DNA of 64,000 bases, taken from assembly GCA_963771465.1 (NCBI GenBank), contig CAVYTU010000014.1, forward strand, positions 768,001-832,000, read 5' to 3'. Numbering within the stretch: position 1 is the first letter of the stretch; each line of letters begins with the position of its first letter. The translations under genes and the position numbers were made by a program. Below the pieces are notes generated by a model. It did not search any database. It saw only the letters and a list, made by a program, of their open reading frames with translations, and had not been told where the DNA came from. Of the stretch, positions 20,018-30,361 are shown one piece after another. Origin of the DNA: an uncultured delta proteobacterium. GTDB taxonomy: Bacteria; Desulfobacterota; Binatia; UBA9968.

Positions 20018-22293
20018 TTACTTGTTCTTTTCTTTCAGCGCACGCCAGACTCGTTCGGGCGTCAACGGCGCTTGGCGGATACGCACGCCGACGGCGCGGT
20101 CGACGGCGTTGGCGATGTTCGCCGCCATGGAGTTGAGGGACGCTTCGCCGCCGCCTTTGGCGCCGTAGGGACCGACGCCGTCTTGGTTTTGCACCAGGTG
20201 CAATGACACTTCTTTCGGTAAATCAGAGAAGCGTGGCAAGCGGTAGTCGAGGATCGAGCCGTTCATCAACTGCGAGCCTTCGTAAACTAGTTCTTCGAAC
20301 AGGCCGATGCCCATGCCCATGGTCGCGGCGCCGATGTCTTGGCCTTCGGCCAGCGCCGGATTGATCGCCAGTCCGACATCGCCGACGGTGGCGAGTTTTT
20401 CCATGGTGATTTTGCCGGTTTCTTCGTCGACGGAAATTTCCACGCCGGTGGCGGCGGCTTCCCAGAAAACCGGCAGGGCGGCGAACTTGCCGGACTTTCT
20501 AATATACGACCGGCCGATCACTTCACCATCGGGTAGCGCGTAAAATTTACTAATCACCTGTGACCAGTCGAGCTGGACCTCGCCACAGCGCACACCGCCG
20601 CGCACGGTTTGAATCTCTTCGACTTTGACTTTCATCACGTCGGCGGCCATCACCACCATTTGTTGGATCGCCTCTTGGCAAGCTTCCATCACGGCGCTGC
20701 CCATGAGGGTCGTCGTCCGGCTCGCACCGGTGGAGCGATCGTAAGGCGTGATCGCCGTGTCCGACGAAACCACATTCACTTTGTCGTAGGCGATGCCGAG
20801 CTCTTCGGCGGCGATCTGCGGCAGGACGGTGTGACTGCCCTGACCCAGCTCAGTGCTGCCGGTCATGATGGTCGCCGAACCGTCGGCGTGCACGCGCACC
20901 GCCGTCGAGGTCAGCGGATAGGCGCCGGCGTCGCTGCCGGAGACAGCAACGGTGCGGCCATGTCCCTTCGCTAGTGGCGTGCCCCAGCCGATCGCTTTTG
21001 CCGCGGTGTCGAGATCTTGTTTGAGCGTGCCGTCGAACGGACGCATGCCGGGAAAAAATTCTTCGCCGGGCTTGGCCGCATTCGCCAGCCGAAACTCATA
21101 GGGATCTTTGCCGATCTTGGCCGCCAGCTCGTCGATCTGCGACTCGCCCGGCAAGGTCACTTGGGCGCAACCGAAACCGCGGTAGGAACTCGCCGGCACG
21201 GTATTGGTATATAGCGAGCAGTTTTCGATTAACACATTCGCGATCGCATAGGGGCCGACGCAGCGGTTGGTCGATTTTTCGACCACCAGCGGACTGTTTT
21301 CCGCATAGGCGCCGGTGTTCATAAATATCTTCGCCTGGCGGGCGATGATTTTGCCGTTGGCATCCGCCGCCGTGCGCATCCACGTGTAGGCGTCGTCACT
21401 GCGCGTCGTCAGCATCGCTTCTTCGACGGTGAGTTGCAGCTTCACCGAACGCTTGGCCTTCCACGAACAGGCGGCCACCAGCGGTTCGACTTTGGTGTAG
21501 GATTTACTGCCATAACCGCCGCCGACGAAGGGAACGATCAACCGGACTTTGCTCACCGGTAAATTGAAAATCGATTTCAAATCATGGCGCACCATGAACG
21601 GATGCTGCGCCGAGGAATAAATGGTCACGCCTTGGTCGGTGACGTCGGCGATGGCGACGTAAGGTTCCATCGCGTAGGCATAGGTCATGGGAAAATAATA
21701 GTTGCCCTCGACCACCGAAGCAGCTTCTTTAAATGCCTTTTCGACATCGCCCCACTGAATTTTATGAGTTTGGCAAATATTGTTCCCTTTGCCGGCGGTG
21801 ACGTCGCCCTCGAAACCGCGCAGCGCGCCGGCTTCGAATTTTCTCTCATGCAAGAGCGGCGCGTCCTTGGCCATCGCCTGTTCGGGCGTAAAGACGCCTT
21901 TCAGCTCTTCATACTTGACGTCGATCAATTCCAACGCTTCGAACGCCGTCCGTTCATCGACCGCCACCACCGCGGCCACCGGCTCGCCGGCATATCGAAC
22001 TTTGTCGATCGCCAACAGCGGGTGATCTTTGACCGCGTGGCCGAAGTAGGGATTCAAGCCGTCGAGATCGTAGCCGGTGACCACGCAGTAAACGCCGGGA
22101 TGCGCTTCGGCTTTGGTTTTGTCGATGGAAATAATTTTCGCGTGGGCGAAGGGGCTGCGCAGCACTTTGGCGTAGGCCATGCCGATCAACCGCAAGTCGG
22201 CGACGTACTGCGCTTTGCCGGTCACTTTGACCCGGCCGTCGCGGCGCGGGATCGAATGATTGACGATGTGAAAATCGGTTTTCTTTTCCGCGC

Positions 22294-22297
<4 letters not shown>
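20018..22297 (-). CDS. Xanthine dehydrogenase-family molybdopterin-binding (large) subunit
   Basis: KVTGKAQYVAD, VGGGYGSK, YRGFG, ELGQG, GAKGGGE with catalytic Glu. Confidence 0.92.
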
Positions 22298-22773
<476 letters not shown>

Positions 22774-22784
22774 GGAAAATTACA

Positions 22785-22859
22785 TTGGAGTAATGGAGTG
22801 TAGGAGTGATGGGATTTTTCCGGTCCCAATACTCCAGTGCTCCATACTCCATCACTCCA
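22785..22859. repeat. Inverted octamer-array element (same TGGAGTRN family as 3752-3828)
   Basis: ttggagtaatggagtgtaggagtgatggga ... tcccaatactccagtgctccatactccatcactcca. Confidence 0.85.
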
Positions 22860-22863
22860 GTCT

Positions 22864-23886
22864 TCAGTTGTAGCGCGGCAGAATGTTTTCCGCCCAGAGG
22901 TCCATTTGGCGGTGCAAGCTATCCATGGTCGGATAGATGATCTTGAGTTCGAAATGTTGCACGCCGTTCTCAATGAACTCATCGACGCGTCGGCGCACGT
23001 CGTCGACGGAGCCGAAGATATGGCGGTCGAGCGCGAACTGCATGTTGTCGATGTCGCGCTCGTAGCTTTCGCTGCTGGTTTTTAGCGTCGGCATGGCGAG
23101 GTTCAATCCTTCCTCGCGGGTTTTGGCGATGGTGGCGAGTTTTTCGACAGCGATGGTGATTTTTTTCGGATCGCGGCCGTTTTCCTCGGCGGTCTTGTTG
23201 AGAATATCGCAGCCGATTTTCATTTCATTGGGCGACAACCAGCCGGGAATCCAGCCTTCGCCGTATTTGCCGGCGCGTTTGGCGGCGAGCTTCATCCAAC
23301 CGCCGACCCACACCGGCGGATGGGGTTTCTGAAATGGTTTGGGAAAAACCTCGGCATTTTTGAACTCGATAAAGTCGCCTTTGTAGGACGCCAACGGTTG
23401 GGTCCAGATCGCTTTCATCGCTTCGATGTATTCATCCGTGCGATCGCCGCGCCGCTCGTAGGGCACGCCGAAGACGCCGAACTCGTCCGACTCGCGCGTG
23501 GCTTTGGAACCAAGACCGACGCCGACGAGTAATCGGCCATTGGCAAGAATGTCTAAAGTCGAGTATTGCTTGGCGGCGTAAATCGGATTTCTGCAGGGCA
23601 TGACCAAGCAGGCGACGCCGAGAACGATTTTCTTGGTCTCCGCCGCCAGATACGACAGGATCGTCGTCGATTCGAAGAAATTTGCCTCTTGGGAATCGGT
23701 GATCGCTTCGAAGGCGCCCGATGAAATATGGTGGCGATGCATTTCCGTGCTCCAGACGACATGATCATGCACCCAAATGGCGTCGAAGCCCATTTCTTCA
23801 GCCGACTTGGTTGCTTTGACGATATTTTCGATGCTGGACAGCGGGCCCGAGTTGGGCACGCGCACGCCGAAGGAAATCTTATTCAT
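22864..23886 (-). CDS. LLM-class (luciferase-like) flavin/F420-dependent oxidoreductase
   Basis: GFDAIWVHDH, RNPIYAAKQYSTLD, GRLLVGVGLG, PKPFQKPHPPVWVGG. Confidence 0.9.
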   Translation of the reverse strand: MNKISFGVRVPNSGPLSSIENIVKATKSAEEMGFDAIWVHDHVVWSTEMHRHHISSGAFEAITDSQEANFFESTTILSYLAAETKKIVLGVACLVMPCRNPIYAAKQYSTLDILANGRLLVGVGLGSKATRESDEFGVFGVPYERRGDRTDEYIEAMKAIWTQPLASYKGDFIEFKNAEVFPKPFQKPHPPVWVGGWMKLAAKRAGKYGEGWIPGWLSPNEMKIGCDILNKTAEENGRDPKKITIAVEKLATIAKTREEGLNLAMPTLKTSSESYERDIDNMQFALDRHIFGSVDDVRRRVDEFIENGVQHFELKIIYPTMDSLHRQMDLWAENILPRYN

Positions 23887-23895
23887 TTCTCGCTC

Positions 23896-24816
23896 CTAAT
23901 GGGTCTCGGTGATTTCGACCTTATGATATTTTAGATGCCGGTTGTACCAGTCGACGACGTTGGCCGCGACATCGTCGAAGTAATCGTTGTAAATGCCGTA
24001 GTGGGTGGTTTTCTTGTACAGGACTAATTTTTTCGGCTCGCCGGCTTTTTCGTAAAGATCGAAGGATTGCTTTTCCGGCGTGACGGCATCGCCTTCGACG
24101 GCGATGAACAGCACGCCGCGCGGCGAAATTTTCTGCACCACGTCGATGGGGCTGTATTCAAGAATCGCCTCGGCGCAGGCGAGCGGCATGGCGTCGGGAA
24201 TTTTATCCGCTACGTCTTTCTTGATCGTCGTGGTCTGGCGCTCTGGGGTTTGCACCATGATGCCGCCCTCGCGGGCGCTCACGATCGCTCCCTTGCCAGT
24301 GGCGGCGCGTTGTTTGCGGTCAGCTTCGATACTTTTCAAATAATCGATCCATTCGTATTCGCGCCGCATCGAGTGCAGCCACTCGCGGCCGCTGCTGACG
24401 CCGAGATAACTCACACAGCATTTAACCCGTGAATCGATGGCCGCGACGTATACGGCGTTGCCGCCGCCGGTGCCGCCGGAGCCGTAGGTGGCCAATCGAT
24501 CGGCATCGATGTCTGGCCGGGTTTCCATGTAACTCAGCGCGCTGCGAATATCGTCCGCTTGCCACTTGGGCATCACCCAGCCACGGTCGCTGCCCTCGCT
24601 ATCGCCCCAGCCGCGGTAATCGAAACAGAGACAGGCGTAACCGGCGGCGCAGAGCTTCTCGAACATCAAGATGTAGTGTTTGGCGTCCATGAGGCCGAGA
24701 AAGCCGGGGCCCTGGACGATGCCGGGATACGGCTTGCCTTGCTCGGCATCTGGCAAGTAGAGCACGCCGGCGAGCTTGATGCCTTCGCTGTAAAAATTAA
24801 CTTTTTCAGTGCGCAT
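23896..24816 (-). CDS. Alpha/beta-fold hydrolase with atypical nucleophile elbow
   Basis: FDYRGWGDSEG, YGSGGTGGG at the elbow, EGDAVTP (Asp), TTHY (His). Confidence 0.8.
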   Translation of the reverse strand: MRTEKVNFYSEGIKLAGVLYLPDAEQGKPYPGIVQGPGFLGLMDAKHYILMFEKLCAAGYACLCFDYRGWGDSEGSDRGWVMPKWQADDIRSALSYMETRPDIDADRLATYGSGGTGGGNAVYVAAIDSRVKCCVSYLGVSSGREWLHSMRREYEWIDYLKSIEADRKQRAATGKGAIVSAREGGIMVQTPERQTTTIKKDVADKIPDAMPLACAEAILEYSPIDVVQKISPRGVLFIAVEGDAVTPEKQSFDLYEKAGEPKKLVLYKKTTHYGIYNDYFDDVAANVVDWYNRHLKYHKVEITETH

Positions 24817-24833
24817 AATTGGTCTCCAAAATT

Positions 24834-24927
24834 CGTTCAAAAGCTCAAACCGTTCAAGTCGTTCAAACCGCTTTGGGTTTCGGATCCAGACGTTTTGAAC
24901 TGTTTGAGCGGCTTGAACGATTTGAAC
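24834..24927. repeat. Inverted nonamer-array element (GTTCAANNC units)
   Basis: cgttcaaaa gctcaaacc gttcaagtc gttcaaacc ... ttgaactgt ttgagcggc ttgaacgat ttgaac. Confidence 0.85.
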
Positions 24928-24934
24928 CTTAAAA

Positions 24935-25930
24935 TTAGGCGCGAACCGCGGGCAGAACTTCCTGGCCCAACAGGTCGATCTGCTGATACCAATCGGCGTA
25001 GCGGAAGCGCAGGTCGAAAACGATATGATTGAGGCCGGCCTCTTCGTAGCGTTTGGTATCGCGAGCGATATCCGCCGGAGTCCCAGCCATTAGCAGGCCT
25101 TCGATGTCCGCAACCGTGGAGAAGGTACCGGACGCCGGTCTCACCCAAGTTTTTTTAGCAGGCGTGTTGCCCTCGTTGATCAGACCCTTGACGTTAACCT
25201 TGCTTAGCGCGACGTCTCGGTTCTTGTCGATGCTGGTGATGGGGATTGCCCCCGTGGTGACCATCGGGCGTCCTGCGAGTTTGCACTGCTCTTCAAGATA
25301 TTTGACCATTTTATTAAACGTCGCCGTGGGAATACGTCCAGGCATCCAGCCGTCGCAGTAATCCGCCGCGCGGCGGCAGGAAGCCGGTGTGCCGCCGCCG
25401 TACCAAATCGGAATCGGTTTTTTCGGCGTCGGTTTGAGCTCAACGTCTTTGAAATCGTAATAATCGTCCTTGTAACTGATCTTTTCACCGGCCCAGAAGC
25501 GGCGGCAAAGCTGGGCGTTCACCTTCGCGATGTTGGCGCGATCTTGTAATGTCGTCTTGGTATGACCCGCCGCTTCGAATTCATGGGGAAAGGTACCCAG
25601 GCCCAAACCCATGATGATGTTTTCGCACATGGTGCTCAGGCCGGCCATGGACTGCGCCAAATGAATCGGATGGCGATGGGAGATCATGGTGCCGGTGCCG
25701 AGAGTGAGTTTCTTGCACACCGACGATATCGCCGCGAGGATCAGCAAGCCCTCGATGTGGGTGTTGTCTTCGCCTTCCATGCCATGGGGTTCGAAAACCA
25801 AATGATCGCGGACCCAGACTGAATCAAAGCCGTAAGCCTCGGCTTTTTTCGAGCCCTCGACACAGAGTTCGGTCGAACCGTACTCGCAAAAATGTGGCAA
25901 AAGTAGCCCGAATTTTAACTTCGTCGCCAT
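24935..25930 (-). CDS. LLM-class flavin/F420-dependent oxidoreductase
   Basis: GFDSVWVRDH, LGTGTMI, RHPIHLAQ, PIWYGG, DGWMPG. Confidence 0.9.
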   Translation of the reverse strand: MATKLKFGLLLPHFCEYGSTELCVEGSKKAEAYGFDSVWVRDHLVFEPHGMEGEDNTHIEGLLILAAISSVCKKLTLGTGTMISHRHPIHLAQSMAGLSTMCENIIMGLGLGTFPHEFEAAGHTKTTLQDRANIAKVNAQLCRRFWAGEKISYKDDYYDFKDVELKPTPKKPIPIWYGGGTPASCRRAADYCDGWMPGRIPTATFNKMVKYLEEQCKLAGRPMVTTGAIPITSIDKNRDVALSKVNVKGLINEGNTPAKKTWVRPASGTFSTVADIEGLLMAGTPADIARDTKRYEEAGLNHIVFDLRFRYADWYQQIDLLGQEVLPAVRA

Positions 25931-26184
25931 CGCTCTTCTCCTTACAGTATTTTTTGATTTTTAGATTGAGAAAATTTCTTATCACCTCTGTTCGTTAATG
26001 TCCACGCGGCTTTGGGGGCGAAATGCAGAACATTGGGCAATGATGGGCCGGTTCTTTAACACAGCCACTCCGGACGATTTCATGCAGCGGATCGCAATTG
26101 GTAACACTGTCGGTCCGATCTGATTTGACAGCGATTCGATCCAGGCAGTAACGTCGGTGCACAAAGCGTAGGAGGTACTTTGCC

Positions 26185-27237
26185 ATGGCCGGACCACAGA
26201 AAGAATTTGAAGTTCATCCCTATGTCCAGTTCATGATGGATAGATACAATCCCTATAAAAAATGGATTCAGTCCGAAGGGGTGCCGATCGTCAGCGGCGA
26301 GTTCGTCCAGGACGTGCGCACTCATAAGCTTGGCTACTGGGAGAGGAAAGGCTGTAGAGGAGCGATCTGCACATTTTCTGATCAGATGGTTGCCGACGGT
26401 TACATCGCCGAGATCGATCCCGGCAAACAGACAAAACCGCAGCGCCAGCTCTACGAAGAAATCGTCACCGTCGCCGCGGGCCGGGGCGCCACTTCGGTGT
26501 GGTATGACGGAACGGCGAAGCGCACATTCGAGTGGGAACGCGGCAGCACCTTCGCAATTCCTTTGAACGCGTGGCACCAGCATTTTAACGCTAGCGGTAG
26601 CGAGCCGATGCGCTACTTCGCGCTCACTAGCCAGCCCATCGCCTTCGAGCTCTACCGCGATGCGGAATTTATCTACAACACCAACTACCAGTTTAAAGAC
26701 CGCTTCGATCCCGGCGACGCCGAGTTTTTTTCCAAGGAGGGAAAGTATTTCACTGATTACTACGGTGGAATTCTGCACTCGAATTTCATCCCAGACATCC
26801 GCAAAATAAATTTGGTCGCGCGTGAAAAGCGCGGCAAGGGCACGCGCAACATGTACATTCACATGTCCGGCGGCTCGATGCTCGCGCATGTCTCGGAGTT
26901 TCCCGTCGGCCGCTACAAGAAGGCGCATCGCCATGGCCCGGGCGCGCATGTGTTCCTGCTCGACTCCACCGGCTACACGTTGATGTGGCAGGAGGGCGAA
27001 AAGCCAAAACGCTATGATTGGCATGAGGGCACGGTGATTTCCCCGCCGGCGGGCAGCTGGCACCAGCACTACAACACCGGCAACCGCCCGTGCAAATTCG
27101 TCGCGCTCCACGCCAACACGGCGGTGCAAGGCGAAGAGCGCGGAGTCGAGCAGATTGAATTCGAAGAAGGCGATGAATGGATGCGCAAATTGTTTGCCGA
27201 GGAATGCGCAAAGAACCGCGTCGAGGTCGCTATGTAG
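26185..27237 (+). CDS. Bicupin protein (gentisate-1,2-dioxygenase-like)
   Basis: Two cupin repeats: FAIPLNAWHQHFN and KAHRHGPG...PPAGSWHQHYN; GGAGG SD. Confidence 0.75.
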   Translation: MAGPQKEFEVHPYVQFMMDRYNPYKKWIQSEGVPIVSGEFVQDVRTHKLGYWERKGCRGAICTFSDQMVADGYIAEIDPGKQTKPQRQLYEEIVTVAAGRGATSVWYDGTAKRTFEWERGSTFAIPLNAWHQHFNASGSEPMRYFALTSQPIAFELYRDAEFIYNTNYQFKDRFDPGDAEFFSKEGKYFTDYYGGILHSNFIPDIRKINLVAREKRGKGTRNMYIHMSGGSMLAHVSEFPVGRYKKAHRHGPGAHVFLLDSTGYTLMWQEGEKPKRYDWHEGTVISPPAGSWHQHYNTGNRPCKFVALHANTAVQGEERGVEQIEFEEGDEWMRKLFAEECAKNRVEVAM

Positions 27238-27369
27238 GCGGGCTCAACGCCAGAATTCAAATTTCAAACGGACGCGCGATCGCTGGCGGTCTGGCAATTT
27301 TACGCGGAGCGGTTGGATCCGGCGCCGGCATGAAGTCTTCTAAGCGGCTCAACCGATACGGGTATTTAT

Positions 27370-28365
27370 TCAATACGACAATCGCGTGCCGACGCTTTCG
27401 TCCAGCGCACGCCGGTAAATGTGATGTGCCATGGCGATATCCTGATTCACTAAGCCGATGGCGCGGATGAAGATGCGCTCGCGGTCGGATTGGCGCGCGG
27501 GCTTTTTGCCGGCGAGTAGTTCGGGAAGTTCGGCGTAGAGATCTTTTTCGCTCAAATAGTTTTCTTTGAGCATGCGCTGCATATCGGATTTGTTTTTGCA
27601 GTGGAGCCAGCTGTCGACGACGAATTTGTCGGCGTTCTTGTAAACCTCGCTCTCCACCTCTTGGTTCTTTCCGATGGAATAGACGGTGATGCCTGCGCCG
27701 AGCCAGCTATCTTTCACGAATGGCGTCGATGTGGTGGTTGCCGAGATCACGACATCCGCTCCCTTGAGCGCTGCTTCTGTCGATTCAACCGCAACCACGT
27801 TCAGTCCATATTCCTTGCCGATTTCCCTGGCGTAATTCTGTCGCGACTCCGGCGTGCGCGAGGTGACGCGGATTTCTTTCAACGCGAATGCTTGCGCCAT
27901 CACCGGCACGGCGGCGCGGGCGGTGTCGCCGGCGCCGAGCATCGCCATGGTGCTTGCGCCTTTGCGCGCGAGCACGCGCATGGCGACTGTCGCCGCGGCC
28001 GCGGTGCGCACGGCGTGGCACCAGTCTTCGTCCATAATGCAGAGAATCTCGCCGCCTTCGCGGTCGCTGAGGATCAATATTCTTCTTGGCCCACGCGGCG
28101 GCCTAGCAGCATCGCGGCTGCCACCGGCGGCTTTGATCGAGCGAATGCGAAAGCCGGCGACCGGTTCGGTCGCGAGCGCACAGCCGGTCACCCATGACTG
28201 CCAGCCTTGCTTCGGTTTGATCGCCAGATCTTCCGGGGTCGACCAGATGACTCGCCCTTCGCTGTGATCGCGCAAAGCTTGCTCGGTAATCTCGATGGCG
28301 CGGCCGAGGTCGAGGACTTTTTTGACGTCGCCGTTGGATAAGTAAAGGATACCGTCGGCGTCCAT
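27370..28365 (-). CDS. Ornithine cyclodeaminase / mu-crystallin family protein
   Basis: RTAAA, LGAGDTA Rossmann motif, DVVISATT, GLVNQDIA. Confidence 0.88.
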   Translation of the reverse strand: MDADGILYLSNGDVKKVLDLGRAIEITEQALRDHSEGRVIWSTPEDLAIKPKQGWQSWVTGCALATEPVAGFRIRSIKAAGGSRDAARPPRGPRRILILSDREGGEILCIMDEDWCHAVRTAAAATVAMRVLARKGASTMAMLGAGDTARAAVPVMAQAFALKEIRVTSRTPESRQNYAREIGKEYGLNVVAVESTEAALKGADVVISATTTSTPFVKDSWLGAGITVYSIGKNQEVESEVYKNADKFVVDSWLHCKNKSDMQRMLKENYLSEKDLYAELPELLAGKKPARQSDRERIFIRAIGLVNQDIAMAHHIYRRALDESVGTRLSY

Positions 28366-28367
28366 GG

Positions 28368-29504
28368 TTATTGAACTGTGCTGAGATTGCGGCAGCCAGT
28401 GGTCAAAAACTCCGGACCCTTTTCGGTGATCAAAATATCTTCTTCCAAATGCACCGCGCTTTTTTCCGAGCGCACTTTCGGTTCCAGCGCGAGCACCATG
28501 CCGGGACGGTAGATTTCGCTTTCCACTTCGTTTAGCGACGGCGGTTCGGCTCTCGACATGCCGATGCCATGGCCGATGCGTTTGGGACTGTCGACGGCTT
28601 GGTAGCCGCGCTTGACCAGCTCACGGTTGGCGACGCGGGAGATTTCCGCGAGTGGCGTGCCCGGCTGCATCGACTCGAAACAGAGTTGGATGACATCGCA
28701 AGCGGTTTGATGGTCCTTTTTGTGTTCGTCCGTCGGCGTGCCGAAGATCGTCATGCGCGTGACATCGCCATAGTAACCCTCATAGCAGGCGCCGAAGTCG
28801 GCAATCATGCGGTCGCCTTTGTTGTAGACCCGGTCGTCGTAGCGAGTCGATGAATTCAGCATTAAAAAACCTGGATGGCGCGGATGGGCGCCTGCTTCGA
28901 TCATCGAGATATAGAGCCGATCCGCGACTTCGCGCCGGGTCATGCCGGGCTTTAGCTGCGGCAAGCAGCGGTCGTAGGCTTTGACCGAGATAGCGCACGC
29001 TTTGCGCATGAATTCGATTTCGCGCGAGCTCTTAATGATGCGCATCTCCGTCAGCGCGGCGGTGCCGTCTTTGATCTGTGCTTTCGGCAGCGCTTCGGTC
29101 AGACCGGAGAGATAGTTCACCGGAATCCCCAAACGTTGATCATCGCCGAGCTCGAAGCCAAGTTTCGCCTCGCCGAGGCCGATTTCCTTTAAACTCTCGG
29201 CGATCATCTCTTGGGGAAAAGGCACGTCGGTGTAAGCACGTACCTCGCCGACCCACGGCAACGCTTTCGCTTTCGCCTTGTCATTGCCGTAGACGAGGAG
29301 TAGAGGCTTGCCGGATTTCGGTAGGACGCAAATCTGCGGGCGCTGGATATGATCCAACTGATAGCTGATCAGACCGCTGAAGTACCAATAATTATTCTTA
29401 TCCGAGACGACCAACGCGTCGAGGCCGTCGCGAGCCATCAGGGTTTGGGCGCGCCCATAACGATCGAGATATTCTTGCTCGTCAAACGGAGATTCAGTAG
29501 CCAT
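28368..29504 (-). CDS. M24 family (Xaa-Pro peptidase / creatinase / ectoine-hydrolase fold) hydrolase
   Basis: RIIKSSREI, DFGACYEGYYGDVTR, GHGIG, LEP, LEED. Confidence 0.88.
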   Translation of the reverse strand: MATESPFDEQEYLDRYGRAQTLMARDGLDALVVSDKNNYWYFSGLISYQLDHIQRPQICVLPKSGKPLLLVYGNDKAKAKALPWVGEVRAYTDVPFPQEMIAESLKEIGLGEAKLGFELGDDQRLGIPVNYLSGLTEALPKAQIKDGTAALTEMRIIKSSREIEFMRKACAISVKAYDRCLPQLKPGMTRREVADRLYISMIEAGAHPRHPGFLMLNSSTRYDDRVYNKGDRMIADFGACYEGYYGDVTRMTIFGTPTDEHKKDHQTACDVIQLCFESMQPGTPLAEISRVANRELVKRGYQAVDSPKRIGHGIGMSRAEPPSLNEVESEIYRPGMVLALEPKVRSEKSAVHLEEDILITEKGPEFLTTGCRNLSTVQ

Positions 29505-29569
29505 GCTCAATTCTCCCGGAATGTTTTTTCCACTACCACGGTCAACTATCGTCGGCTTCCAAAACCACA

Positions 29570-30277
29570 CTAACTCGCGAATGCTTTTCTACCTTCCATC
29601 GGTTTTATCTTACCGACGTATTCGAGGGCTTCGCTCAACTGAATAACGCTGGCGTACTTGGCGTTCATTTCAAAGAGATTGACCAGGTGCGATGTTCGTG
29701 AGCGGTCAAAGATGCATTCTTCCACGGGAAAGACGGGATAGCCGAACGAGTAGCCGTCGAGCACGGTGCCGCGCACGCAGCCGCAGGTGCTGGTGCCGGC
29801 GATGAGCAGGCAGTCGATGTTTTTGCGCACGAGATAAGTGATTAAATGGGTGCCGAAGAAGGCGCTGGCTCTCGCCTTGCGGACGATGAACTCGTCGTCG
29901 TTGGGTTTGATCATCGCGGGAAATTCGACGGCGAGCTTTTCGAAGTCGGTTTTATCGACGCTGCGTTTGGTGGCATTGCCGAAGGCGGCTTTGAAGTCGG
30001 GGTCGCTGGTGGAATAAATCACTGGAATCGCCGCGTCGCGGCAAGCGTGCAGCAATGCTTTAATCTTCGGCAGCGCGTCCCAGGCAACCTGGCCGCAGCT
30101 GGTGGGAAATTCATCGATCGCTTCCATCACCGGCATCGGCTTGGTGCCGGTGAAACCGGTGATAACATCGATGATGATCAGCGCCGGATTGACGCCAAAC
30201 TTTTCTTTGCCTTTATAGCCGGCCTTCTCGTAGATTTTTCTTTCCTCTTCTGGAACGAACGCTTCCCATTCGCGCAT
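29570..30277 (-). CDS. Isochorismatase-family cysteine amidohydrolase (N-carbamoylsarcosine amidase / maleamate amidase-like)
   Basis: Asp-Lys-Cys triad: LIIID, RKARASAFFGT, GTSTCGCVRGTVLD; HLVNLFEMNAKYA. Confidence 0.88.
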   Translation of the reverse strand: MREWEAFVPEEERKIYEKAGYKGKEKFGVNPALIIIDVITGFTGTKPMPVMEAIDEFPTSCGQVAWDALPKIKALLHACRDAAIPVIYSTSDPDFKAAFGNATKRSVDKTDFEKLAVEFPAMIKPNDDEFIVRKARASAFFGTHLITYLVRKNIDCLLIAGTSTCGCVRGTVLDGYSFGYPVFPVEECIFDRSRTSHLVNLFEMNAKYASVIQLSEALEYVGKIKPMEGRKAFAS

Positions 30278-30361
30278 GATCGCTTCTCCTATGAATCGGT
30301 AAGGGGTAAAGCGTCCGATCAGTAACCCGACCACTGACCATCAACACTTTACGGTTTTGTG

